A stretch of 64,000 nucleotides of DNA from Selaginella moellendorffii (Eukaryota > Plantae > Lycopodiophyta), in the NCBI RefSeq assembly GCF_000143415.4, contig NW_003314267.1, positions 2,074,932 to 2,138,931 of the forward strand. The letters run 5' to 3'. The notes under the pieces were generated by a model. The model ran no database searches. It had not been told where the DNA came from and was given only the letters and a program-made list of their open reading frames with translations. The stretch's first letter is position 1, and the number at the start of each line of letters is the position of its first letter. This document shows positions 1 through 12,020 of the stretch, piece after piece. Made by a program: the position numbers and the translations under genes.

Positions 1-1249
1 CTTTTATGATTGTTAGGCTATAATCATTGCTTTATTTGTATCACAAATGAAATAGCTGGCATGCATGTGAAATATACTTTGCAAGGTGGTCAATTTTACA
101 TATTATTCATTCAATGACAAATAGTTTTTTTTTGGGAGCTTGAGTGAGCCACATCATAAATTGTTGCTAGGAAAATTTGGATTTCAGCACACTCAAAGTG
201 TAATAATAGGGTTTTATAGTCCTCACCACTTTTCAATCGTTGCAGATGCATATTATTTACTTGTCTCTAGAATTTCTGACCCATGGACAAGAGGAAGTAC
301 TACCACCTTGGCTTAAGCAACAAAGATTGTAGTGTATGGATGTGGTAACAATTTGCTAGCATTCAATGACATCTCGTATAATGGGGACCAAAACTAATTT
401 ACTTTAATAGCTAATTATCAGTAGAGAAACAGTTGGCTAGTCTAACCTTTTCAGAGGAGAGGTCTTTTTCAGTCCAAGGTCCCAGAACACATCAATGCCT
501 CTTGGTATTATATTAAAAGAGGGATTAAGATAAATTATTAAAAGTAAGTCAAAAAAGATTATTGCTTTTATGATTGTTGGGTTATAATCATTATTTTATT
601 TATATCACAAATGAAGCAGTTGGCATGCATGTGAAATATACTTTGCAAGGTGGTCAGTCTTAGATATGTCTTACATATATACATGTACATTTATAATCAA
701 ATCAAATAAAAAATATTTAAGACAAAGTTACAAAACATAATATGTACTAAGAGTGATTGCTTTATTTATTTCCCCATCCACTCCACCATGGGAAATACAA
801 TTAAGGAGGTACAATAGTTCTATGTAACATTTTATGTTAGAAATAAGCTAACCCCATTTTCACTTTTTATATAAGATTGATATAAACAATGGTAAAGTAT
901 AGAAATGGCTTATTTAATTTTCAAGACACTTTTGGAAGACAACAATAATGATTTAACCCTATTAGTAGCAAACAATTATTATTGTGCAAATGGAAAGTTA
1001 AATTAATTATACATCTTTTCTATATTTATTTATGCATTCATGGTTATATGTAAAGCAAGGAGAATTGCAAATTATGTGAATTATTGGGGATAAAATACTA
1101 CACTTGGTTCATTTAAATTTTTTTGAATTTGTGTTATGTGATGTAGATCCATAAAACTTTGTCAACCACAAATTGGTAAATATATTTGATCCACAATATC
1201 TTTTCATAATATAAGTTGTGTATGAATTTAATTAGCAAATCTTGATTAG

Positions 1250-2340
1250 AACTTCATCTTTATCAACTACGAATTATTCTAAGAGAGAAATAAACAATTG
1301 GAAAGTAAAATAAAATGGATTAGAGATTCTTTGAATTGCATCAATATCTTTAATCAAATTTGAAAATGATTCATAATACACGAAGATTCCTATAAGCAAC
1401 TAAAGGGAATGACTCGAGAGACGGTCCATGGGGTTCAAATATAAAGGGAAAGGGCCCATGAATAAAAGTGCACCCTCTTTTCCAATCGGTTAAGGGTCTT
1501 GGGATAATTAGAGTTAAGCGTCTTTGGGTTTGAATATTATTGGGTTGGGTGACCTCCCTGGAAGTCCAAACTCAGGAGCTTACATTTGGTATCAGAAAGG
1601 TCTCGGGTCCGACTTTGTTGGTTGGCTAAGGGGTAGGGTGTCAAGAGAGCGGGGCTCTCAGCTTCTGTTCACGAGGGCGTGAACTTGCAAAGAAGCATGG
1701 TGGATTGTAAGCAACTAAAGGGAACGACTCAAGAGACGGTCCATGGGGTTCAAATATAAAAGGAAAGGGCCTATGAATAAAAGTGCACCCCCTTTTCCAA
1801 TCGGTTAATGGTCTTGGGATAGTTAGAGTTAAGCGTCTTTGGGTTTGAATAGTACTGGGTTGGGTGACCTCCCTGGAAGTCCAAACTCAGGAGCTTACAT
1901 TTGGTATCAGAGAGGTCTCGGGTCTGACTTTGTTGATTGGCTAAGGGGTAGGGTGTCAAGAGAGTGGGGCTCTCAAGAGAGCTGTGGCTCTCAGCTTCTG
2001 TTCACGAGGGCGTGAACTTGCAAGGAAGCATGGTGGATTGTAAGCAACTAAAGGGAACGACTCGAGAGACGGTCCATGGGGTTTAAATATAGAGGGAAAA
2101 GGCCTATGAATAAAAGTGCACCCCCTTTTCCAATCGGTTAAGGGTCTTGGGATAGTTAGAGTTAAATGTCCTTGGGTTTGAATAGTACTGGGTTGGGTGA
2201 CCTCCCTGGAAGTCCAAACTCAGGAGCTTACAATTCCCTTTTGTTTCTCTTGCAACAACACAATGTGTAGTTGGTAATTTTTCCTATATACTTGAGTAGT
2301 AAGTCATGAGAAAGCAAAAAGCTCTAAGGCACAGTATCGG
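1250..2340 (-). pseudogene. GH1 pseudogene fragment interrupted by Cassandra
   Basis: The flanks of the Cassandra join to give EKQKGIFVYYE.FSNLIKDIDAIQR and the upstream LLSH...VYRKNYQ exon. Confidence 0.7.
1391..2232 (+). mobile_element. Cassandra TRIM retrotransposon, tandem array (LTR-int-LTR-int-LTR)
   Basis: Three 194-bp LTRs (1391-1584, 1706-1899, 2039-2232; T(A/G)TAAGC...GCTTACA). Each contains a 5S-rRNA-like box A/IE/box C tract (e.g. 1827-1882 AGTTAAGCGT...AGTACT...TGGGTGACCTCC..GGAAGTCC). Met-tRNA PBS TGGTATCAGA follows LTR1 and LTR2, and a purine-rich tract precedes LTR2 and LTR3. 5-bp TSD ATTCC at 1386-1390 and 2233-2237. Empty sites are visible in paralogous repeats (~29990, ~32660). 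Confidence 0.93.
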
Positions 2341-3929
2341 GTTATTTCTTGACTTCATTCAACATGGCATTCCCTTGTTTATATGAATGATATATGAAAT
2401 TGCTTTCTATTTTACTCAAGAAAAAAAAGATAATGAAGAAGAAAAGGCAAAAAGTAAGGAATCAATGTACCTCCTATTTAAAGATGAGTTCCTAGCAAAC
2501 CAAATGGCTTCATGCTTAATAGTGTTGAGAAAATAACTATAGGTAAAACAAACAGTCTAAATGGCACTGAAACTAGTATGGGAGTCAAACACATGATAGA
2601 AGATTAGGAGAAACAACACAATTTACACTACTAATCTCATACTTTTTTTGAGCATTTGTAAACCACCCAAAGAAAATTGAGAGCGTAGAGCAAGTGGGAG
2701 TCTAGAGGAGCCTAAAAGGAGAGAGCAAGAGTAATCTAAACCAATTTTGCAAAAGTTTGTTTATACTTCTTGATAGATAGCTAGACTATTAAAACAAAAT
2801 AAACAAAATATGAAAAATGTTTGGTGCTTTAGTTAGCCCAATTACATAAGTAGTAAACAACAAATGAATCCATATTAGCAAAAGCTTTATTTAGCTAGGT
2901 CTTGTTCCAAATAAACTTTTTTAAAAAATGCATTCAATTAAATTAAAGAAATATATAAAAGGAAAAGAGAATCTAAAGGAAATTTAACAATTTAATAACC
3001 ATATATGTTGGGATTGTGAATAACATAGTTAAATTTAATGATGTTAAGTAAATTATTATATGTTTGTTGTTGATTTTCAATTTGCTACTTAAACTCACAC
3101 ACAATATATATTGTGAATGAATATTGTGAATCAAATATATTCACTAGCTCATGGTTGCCAAAATTTTTTGGATCTACATCACATAATACAAGAACATGAT
3201 CATAGTGATGCTCAAATGCTAATGATTGATGATCACCAAAGTTTGTTGTCGAGATGGGAGTATTAGCCACTTCTCCTTGGCAAAATACAAGTCGATTGTT
3301 ATTTGGACGATATTATCAGATAGATTTTAAAATATAACTCTGTGGCATGCACATAAATTCAAATGAACCAAGTGTATTATTTTATTCCTAATAGTCATAT
3401 AATTTGCAATTCTCCTTGTTCTACACAACCATGAATATAAATAAATATAGAGAAGATGTATAATTAATTTAACCTCCCATTTGCACAAAAACAATTATTT
3501 GCTACTAATGGGGTTGGATCATTATTGTTGTCTTCCAAAAATGTCTTAAAATTAAATGAGCCATTTCTATACTTTACCATTATTTGTGTCAATCTTTATA
3601 TAAAAAATGAAAATAAAGTTAGTTTATTTTTTACATAAAATGTTATATTTAACTGTCATACTTCCTTAGTTGTATTTCCATGATGGAGTGGATGGGGAAA
3701 TAAATAAATCAACTCTTAGTGCATATTATGCTTTGTAACTTTGTCTTGAATGTTTTTTTAATTGATTTGATTATTATTAAGATAAATGTACATGTATATA
3801 TGTAAGACATATGTAAGACTGATTACCTTGCAAAATATATTTCACATGCATGCCAACTATTTCATTTGTGATACAAATAAAGCAATGATTATAGCCTAGC
3901 AATCATAAAAACAATAATCTCTTTTGACT

Positions 3930-5030
3930 TATTTTTAATAATTTATTTTAATCCCTCTTTTAATAATTTGAAGTCAATGTAGATGAGACTAAATTATGCC
4001 TTGAAAGCCATTCAAAGTATCTATGAATGTTAGCCCATCCTTGAAAGATTTCAAGAGAAAAATGTTTGATTATAAATTTTCAATCTAGAATTGATATGAG
4101 TTGTATTATGCAATAATTAAGATAGTGTAAGATTTGCAAGATCATCCATTCTTTAAAAAATACCACTAGCATGACAAAAACAATGGTTGGATAAAAAATT
4201 ATAAAACTCTTATAGCACAACCTTTAGATTTCCATAATGTCTGACAACACTTTGTATATTCCCTAGGGAATAATACATAGCCATGTGGAGTATGCTTACA
4301 AATCAAAAATAAGATAAAAATACCTTAAAGAAATCTTGTATTCGTGGCTCAATTGAAACTCCAGCTTTGTCATCTAGATCGTTCAAAGAGAGAAATAAAA
4401 AATTGAAAAGAAAAACAAAATGGATTGAAAATTCTTTAAACTGCATTAATCAAGTTTGAAAATGGCTCATAATACACAAAGATTCATTCCTTGTAACAAC
4501 ACAATGTGTAGTAAATAACTTATAAATTCAAGAAGAGAAAGTACAAACATGGTAACTTTTCCTATATACTTTAACAGTAGAGCCATGAGGAAACAAGAGG
4601 TTGTGAGCCATGGTGTAAGCCGAGTTGCCTTCTGCACAATTTCCATAAGGCGCTGTCACCCAGGTGCAAATTGGCCTAGCTGAGTAACACCTTGTGGCTA
4701 GTTAAAGGTTGTCTAGTACTTCACACAGTCACCAAAAGTCTTGAAGCAAAATTCCGGCAAAATTTGTAAAGTCTTTCCTGAAAAGAAAAGAAAACTAGCT
4801 TATCCTATTTATTCATAAGATACGGCATACACCTCGATTGCCTGTGGCAAGTCATAGTGATTGAGATTGGAATAAGGCTGGATCCCTTTTAGGAGCACGT
4901 AATCGATAACGCTACTCTGTAACGTTCGCGAGCAAGGATCCCTATCAGCACTGAGCGAGATTAATGAGGTGATCAAGAACACAAATCCCCCATCCAAATC
5001 CCATTCGGCCGCACACTCCAATTGCAAACA
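3930..5030 (-). pseudogene. Decayed glycoside hydrolase family 1 (beta-glucosidase/beta-mannosidase-like) gene
   Basis: Minus-strand translation gives GH1 motifs in order, with stops and deletions: IDYVLLKGIQPYSNLNHYDLPQAIE; KDFTNFA..FKTFGDCVKY*TTFN*P; GNCAEGNS..YTMAHNLL.PHGSTVKVYR; YYEPFSNL; AYSTWLCIIP*GIYKVL; MDDLANLTL; DGANIH.YFEW; LIYIDFKLLKR. Confidence 0.85.
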
Positions 5031-5063
5031 CTATAATTTCCTCTCTTTAGTTAGCTAGTGTCT

Positions 5064-5200
5064 CAATACAGTGACGTTGAAGATTGGAATGGCTATCTGG
5101 ATTGTCGATCCCATTGGCTTCAGTGTTGCTGATTCTTGAGCTGTTGAGATTCATATTTACCCTCTGTTCAAGCTGAACCATCCCACAGGACCCATGTTTT
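5064..5200 (-). pseudogene. 5' fragment of the DJ-1/PfpI (InhA-like) gene
   Basis: Matches 9707-9850 (first codons plus 5' UTR) with small deletions. Confidence 0.75.
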
Positions 5201-5259
5201 GCACTTCTGTGATCTCAATTGCAAGAAACTATTATTGTTCCAAAAAGTTTGCAACATGA

Positions 5260-7070
5260 GTATGAGAGCTTTCTAGGTTTTTCGGGGCTGCGTGGGATTG
5301 TGTTCTTTCTCTAGGGAACCAGCTGCCAAGGTTTGTTGTGTCTAGTTTTCTCTACAAGCTCTTGTTTTTTTCTCTTTTTCTTTAGGGAATCCTAGCTGGC
5401 GGGATTGCCATCCAAGCTGCTTCTTTCTAGGTTTGTTATGTATTCCCCTGTCCAACTGTGCAAGCTTATTATTTTCTCTAGGTGAACCAGGGCGCTCTGT
5501 CTTTACTGAGTTTGCAAGGCTGTCTTTTACGTCTTTTCTCTTGCGGTGCAGGTTTGTTGTTGAGTTTTGTCTCTTAGCTCCGCTGTGAACGCTTTTTCCA
5601 GTGATGAAAACCAGATCATCTCCAGGAATTCTCTTAGGTGTGCAGTGTTTTAAACTGGATTGATTTGATCTTTTCCTGTTTTTCTTTGTTTAGGGGGTAT
5701 CAATTGAGTGAAGACTACATATCCATATGTAGCAGTTAAAAAAGTAGACAGAGAGCATGGAGGATAACCAACGGACAGGTTTTGCTATGAAAGTAATGTA
5801 AGCTTTATATTTGTCTCGAGCTTTGTAATATTGTTTTTCTTTGTGTAATTTCTAGGGACGAAGGGCCTACTTTCCTCGGCCTGAGGATATGCCCGTGGAG
5901 GTAACTTTTCCCCCTTACCTAAAGGGCAACACTTGGAGGAGGCATATCAACGAAAGAAACAAATATCTAGTTTTACAAATGATGCTAAAGCAGAATTTAG
6001 TAAACCAACCAAAGGCATGTTTTAGGTCACTGAGTTTTCCTTTTGTTTCTCTTCTTTAGTTTTAGTCTTTTCTTTTTCAGGAATTCTACCTTGATAGCAT
6101 TCTAATTGTAATCAACCATTTACTCTTTTTTCACTGCCTTCCAGACGAATTTGATGATGGGATTAGTTTATCACAAGGTATTATTTCTTGTGTTTACATG
6201 TAAAGTAATATTTTCTTGCTTTTGTTGTAGTAAACATGAAGCCTTTCTTGTACAAATTGTGGATATTATAAGTTTAGGATAGTAGAGAGAGACTTTTTTA
6301 TAAATAATATATAGGAGTCTTAACCTACATTGCCTTTTTCCCAATGGCTATCACCTCAGCTTTGCCTCGTCTTGCTAAAGTTAGCACTGGCTCTGGGAAC
6401 ATGAACCACCATGGAACTCCCAAGATGGAATTGAGGAGCTCGTCACTCACGTTCTTCTATTTCACAGCCTCTGCCATATGAAGCACTGGACAACCTTTAA
6501 CTCAGCTTAGGTATAACAATGGCGCACCATAGAAACTCGTCTTGAATTGAAACTCAAAAGTTCCTTAAGACTAAAGGCAAACGATTGCTGGATCTCATGC
6601 CTAGGATTGCCTTGGTAAACTTGGTTTTGAGAAAAAATTAATGCTTTCTGAGATCAAGTCATAGTTTAAGCATTAACATCAATGCTTTATTAAAGTTAAC
6701 TTGCTAGAGTTTGTTTTTTTGCAAGAGGTAAAATGAAAGTCTTCAAAAACTGTGTTGGACTTCCGTTGACTTCCGTTGGCTTTGAGCTCTCAGGTCAGCT
6801 GGTGCATGTTCCCAAGTTTTCTTTTTTTTTTTTTTGTGAGACTCCTTTGATTTTGCTGCAGTGGTAAAAAACTGTCAGGTAGTGTGGTAGGCCATAATTG
6901 TTTATGTTTGAGGGATTTGCAAAAGCTTCCCACGATATTTGTTTCTCAAGGATATTATCTATCTATCGTTTATAATCTTGTGGTGCCCAACCTGGAAGCA
7001 CGTGACAAATAAATGAAAGTGTTTGTGAAATTTGCTAATACGAAAGAACGAGGATTTACTTTGGCATTGA
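5260..7070. repeat. Dispersed composite module (unidentified spliced-gene remnants plus GH1 VKHWTTFN scrap)
   Basis: Near-collinear copies at ~12830-14665 and ~43230-45060. Inverted copy at ~21920-23140; partial copies at ~33945-34670 and ~39900-40270. Confidence 0.8.
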
Positions 7071-7307
7071 TCAAATTTGCGAGAATAGTTCTTGGATGCT
7101 GCCCTTCTAGATGTCACCCGCGCATATCTGTGAGAAAGAGCTTCCACTGTTCTAAGAGAATCGTTGTCTGGTCAGCAAGACATTTACCTCCACAATTTTC
7201 TCTGAGGCTTCTGGGACCAGGATCGCTTCCACGAAAACTTCTGCGACCTGATCCACGAGCCACAAGACCTTTTAGATGCATGCTTTCCTGCTAGAGTTTC
7301 TTACCTT
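7071..7307 (-). pseudogene. 3' fragment (last exons) of NAD(P)-binding Rossmann-fold gene
   Basis: Matches 14666-14900 and carries a CAG>TAG nonsense change. Confidence 0.8.
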
Positions 7308-7931
7308 ATTTTGACAATTATGGTTAATCACTAGGACTTATACTTACTTTCTCTTATTTTCAATCTAGAGGCATATCTCTTATTAAATGGATATCTAAAG
7401 TCTCACAAGAAAGTATTTCATTTATTCAATCATCAAGGTTAAAACCATAAGTTCCCATGATGACCCAACATCAAAAAGCATGTAAAATGTTTAGTTAGTA
7501 AGACAATAAATTTTACTTTAGTAGAGAAAATAATTCAAAGTAGTAGTTAATGCCGTCCGCAGGCAAGGATCCTTATCGGCACTGGGCAAGATTAGCTCAA
7601 ATTTGTTGTCATCCCAGACAATATGAGGCGATCAAGAACACGAATCCCTCTAAACGCCCCATCCAAATCGCACTAGAAAATTCGGCCCAGCTCTCTAATT
7701 GCAAGTAGCTGGATAAAGAACGATATAATTTCCTCTCTTTAGTTAGCTAGTGTCTCTCTTGGTGAAAAGCTTAAAAGCCAAATGCCAAGGTTGACCAAGC
7801 CACGATAAGTCGAACACTTGGACTTTCTTAAGTCACTAGGAAAGACAATAGCACGTCAGAAACGCCCTCCTTATCACATTTGATCCATTCTTCTCCTGAA
7901 ACGACCTCCTTATCACATCCAGAACCCTGAG

Positions 7932-8796
7932 AAAAGGCTGAACAGGAAGTGACTTCAGCGTCAGATGACGGCTGGTGACCGCAACTTCTTCCAGCTCCCG
8001 TTCTTCGTCGTTGATTTTAACAAAGAGAAGTTTCACGTCACGACCATCCAACACCAATGGCGGGCTTTCACCTGCATGGCTTCTGGTTAATGACTACCAA
8101 GATAGCGAACGAAACAACGAAAATGAAAAAGAAAATACTTGAGTTTCTCGGCAAAACCCGGATCTTAAACACCACGGTTGTCTTTTTCTCAAACAGAACA
8201 AATTTCAGCTCGACCTGGATAGAAGGTGGACAAAACGAAATCAGCATCCAATTAGTACGGTGCGATACCGTGTCAAAGTGATAGCCAGTGGGCTTGTAAT
8301 ATTTCAAAAAGCTCTCCTTGGGAGCCTCTTTGACAGCCATCTCTTCAGCTACAGGCGAAGCTCCAACACTCACTGTGGAGAATCGGCTAGACCCTGCAAA
8401 AGCATGCTACAGTTCGACATGCCTTAGTCACGAAAATGGAAAAAAACAAAAAAAACGTACCGGCAATTTCAATCGGCTTCCGCGCACGCAACCAAGTTCC
8501 TACATTTTTTGTTCGAAGATGAGAACCAAAAACAATGCTTGAAACGAATTTCGAAGACAAGGCAAACGTGGAACTGGGTTTACAGTACCGAATGAAGCTC
8601 CTTGCGTGCAAACGAGAGTAGCAAATTCAGAGGAAGTAAATTGACATGAAAAGGAAGAACCGAGAGAGAACAAACAAATCTGAAGCAAGAAGAAATAAAG
8701 CACCGGGAAAGCTCTGGTGGCTAATGACAGTCGCGAGGAGACGGCCAAGACGAAACTAAGCCCTGGTCTCTGGCAAGGCGCCATGACGGTGGCCAT
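7932..8796 (-). pseudogene. 5'-only fragment of M1 aminopeptidase gene
   Basis: Matches 20509-21374. Truncated after ...LKSLPVQPF, and the exon-2 donor site is deleted. Confidence 0.85.
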
Positions 8797-9044
8797 TTCT
8801 CCTCTAAACCCCTAAAATCCAAAGACACAACACAGGCAGCTTCATTCTTTTAGAATCTTTACTGCTCGAGATCATCAAAGCACGAATGCGCTGCGCACAA
8901 AATTGCGAAAAACCTCTCGAGCAAATATTATCGCCCACTGAGGTATCTAAGGATTAAAAGTTACTAAGGACAGAGAAGTTACTAAGGATTTAAAATTTAT
9001 TACTAATCATTGATAAGACGATTTGCATTCAAGAAGAGATGGGA

Positions 9045-9768
9045 TTATTTGGGATTATCGATCCACAGCTCATGGGCAAGCTTGACAATCTCCTCCCCGG
9101 CGTTGCAAGGAGAACCAGCATCGTATGGCGGCTGCGGATCATACTCGATCATCAGCTGCACCGCTTTGGCAATCTTCTCATTCGTGATGATCGAGGCCAA
9201 GTAGATGGCCATGTCGATCCCTGAAGAAACTCCTGCAGCGGTCACGATCTTTCCCTGCTTGATGTACCTCTGGCTCGTCACCTTGGCACCATATTCCTTA
9301 AGCTGCGGATACGCGGCCCAGTGCGTCGTGGCTTTCACGCCCTTGAGCAATCCCGCCGCGCCGAGGATCAGAGCTCCAGTGCACACTGAAGTGGTGAATG
9401 TTGTGCATTCGTGAGCCTGGAAGATCGACACAAGAACAAGCAGGGCTGGATCGATCGAAATGGATGAAGAAACGAGCAATTACCTTGCGGATGTAGTCGA
9501 GGAGTGGCTTGTGATCTAACGGCAGGAGCTTGGGAGTGCCTCCTGGAACTAGCAGAATGTCAGGATTGGGCAGATCTTCAAAGCTGGCGCTTGCTTCAAT
9601 CTTGAATCTGCCTTCGTCTGCAACAACGAGGCCCGGCTTGTCGCTCACGAAGGTAACGCTCACTCCCGGGAGGCGATGGAGCGCTTCATACGGCCCAATT
9701 GCATCCAACACAGTGATGTTGTTGAAGATTGGAATGGCTACCTGGATTTTCGATCCCATTGGCTTCAT
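9045..9768 (-). CDS. DJ-1/PfpI family protein, isonitrile (isocyanide) hydratase InhA-like, 218 aa
   Basis: Two exons (9484-9768, 9045-9416) with a 67-bp GT-AG intron in phase 0. Motifs LDAIGPYE, LLVPGG, SVCTGALILGAAGLLKG.KATTHW, GVSSGIDMA, EYDPQPPYDAGSP. Confidence 0.9.
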
Positions 9769-9880
9769 GCTCAGTGTTGCTGATTCTTGAGCTGCTGAGA
9801 TGGGTATTTATCCACTGCTCAAGCTGAACCAGGGGCCCATGTGTTGCACGTGTTTTCGTTCATAAACAAGGTGTAAGTAT

Positions 9881-11970
9881 AAAACATGGGGAGAAGGGCC
9901 CCAAATGTCACTATGAACAAGTTCTAGTATTTCAGAGCCACGTCGTGCTCCTCGCTTTGGAAAAGGAAGCTTGTGTTGTTTCCCAAGCTGGCAACCATCG
10001 CAAAAGGAAAGTTTTGCAGTGGTTGTGAACTGGGAATCAAGGCCTTCGACAAGTCTGTCCGTCGTGAGCTGAGCAATGCGCCGTGTGCTCGCATGTCCGA
10101 AACGGCGATGCCACAGCTCAAGCTCGTCCAGGGTAGGAGCCATGAACGTGAGGAACTGATGAGGGCGTTCAACCACTTCAGCAGCTCGTATTGGCTCCAT
10201 ACAAAGCTTGTATAGACCTTTCAAATGCCAACAAATCCTAAGTCACCCGCGGGAGTGAGCAAAATGCATCCAGATTTGCCGAAACGAATGTCAAATCCAG
10301 ATTCAGTGAGTTGGCCGACAGAGAGCAAGTTCGCACTTAAGTGTTGGAACAAGGTATACATCATGAATTGTGGTGCTAAAACCACTCTCAAGTTTGAGCA
10401 AGATGGTACCTCGACCAGTGACTTGGATCCATCCCCTACTGCAACTGTGGCTGGTGGATCAACATCTTGGAGCGTCTTGAACCACTGAGCGTCGTGCGTC
10501 AAGTGATCCGTCGCTCCTGAATCAAAGAAAGACGTTTCTTGATTTTTAGATGCGATATAGAGTGAACGTACTGAGCCAAAAGCTGTTGCATCAGCTTGAT
10601 GAACCATCAATGCCTTAGCCTTCGTCTTCAGTCATTTCTCTGGGTATTTGAACCAACAGTTGTGTTCAGCATGATTCGTTTTCTTGCAATGTGGGCAGGG
10701 GTTGAATTTTCTGGTTGTGCTGGAAGAACTCCCCTGGAACATGACAGTTTCTTCTTGCTTGGCCGAGCTGTGGTATTGTAGGAAGAAGTCTCACTCTTTT
10801 CCATCGTTTTTCGTCGCAAGGCAGTGTTGTGTAACGCTGTCATGACTTCTCCCAGGAAATTTGACCACCGGGGACTGTGGGTTGAAGCGACTGGATGGTT
10901 GTATCGAAGGTGGAGGGGAGCAAGCTGAGGAGATGCTCATATTCCTCAGCTTCATCCATCTGTGCGCCCACAGCAACTAGTCGTCCAAGATTTGTTTGAT
11001 GACAGCAACATGGTCATTGGCGGACATTGCCATGGAGTAGAGCTTCTGGCGAAGATGCATGCGATTAGCAGGTGTCTGCTGTTCATGAATTGCTGTAAGG
11101 GTTGCCCACACCTCACATGCTTTTGTGCAATGTGATACTACTCAAAAGTCTCGTGTGTGTAAGGCTTGGAAAACCTTGCCAAGGGCTTTGCAATTAATCA
11201 CAGCCCATTTGTCCTGTCCTGCTCATCTTGGGAGCTGTTCAAGGTCTTTTGTGGGGCATGGTCACACCCCACAGCCTTTGTTCATCCAAATAACATTTGA
11301 TGTGAATGTGTTTAAAATGTATAGTAGAGATGGTGGGTAAGTTGGGTATAATTAACTATCTTAAGGCATAGTTTAGCTCTTGCCTGTCCTTATTATGTGG
11401 TTTAAGTTTAATTTCTATACCATGCTAGCTTGTGGGGTATTGATATGTTATATAGGCCATTAATATACATAAATAATGCCAAATTTTATTTGATTCCATT
11501 TTACATGTTAATTATAGCATTAGGATGTTAAAAGCTTTAGAACTGTTTAATGTCATTCTGTGTTCTTATCCCTTTTCTCCTTAAGATGAACACTCAAGAA
11601 AATCTTTGTGTTCTAGTTCCTTTGTTCTTTAGCTATAAATTTAGTTGTTAAGCTTTATTCCTTTATTCAATGGCCTAAAGCTCTAAAACTCAAGTTTTAC
11701 TCTACTATCATTAGACATATACACCATTACTTTCACTTCCAAATTCTTTGGAACCATTTATTGTTAAGACTGGAAAAATCAGTAACTGTAATAGGAGAGA
11801 GATGAGAAGGGAGGGAGGAGGAGAATTCATCACCTTTAAAGGCTACCTAACCAAGCAATCAATCTCCTTGCCCTAATTCACCTTATCTTGCTGCTGTGTG
11901 AGCATGCTGATGCATTCTATGCTACTCTCTTTATCTCCTCGTCATTCTAGATCGTACTCCTCTGATACCA
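9881..11970 (-). mobile_element. Ty1/Copia remnant (PBS, gag, protease, GAG-pre-integrase, start of integrase)
   Basis: FDSGATDHLT (protease), LWHRRFGHAS...CDGCQLGKQHKLPF...LELVHSDIWGP. PBS reverse complement tctgatacca at 11961-11970. Frameshifted. Confidence 0.9.
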
Positions 11971-12020
11971 TGTTATGATGTTCAATTGAGATTGAATTGT
12001 TGAGCTTGAAATTCACAACA

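Larger units (their letters stand above)
1..4610. repeat. Same AT-rich composite repeat, partly in inverted orientation
   Basis: ~510-1240 is the reverse complement of ~3085-3965. 2233-4610 matches the units at 27115-33920. Confidence 0.8.

Noticed and set aside
1827-1882. 5S rRNA genes / rDNA array
   Set aside because: Only the ~56-bp promoter part matches. It lies in LTRs with PBS and TSD and has no 5S 5' end or terminator, so it is Cassandra.
1391-2232. CRISPR-like repeat-spacer array
   Set aside because: Repeats are 194 bp, the 'spacers' are near-identical, and the context is eukaryotic.
9045-9768. Bacterial contamination
   Set aside because: The gene has a spliceosomal GT-AG intron and is embedded twice in contiguous plant sequence.
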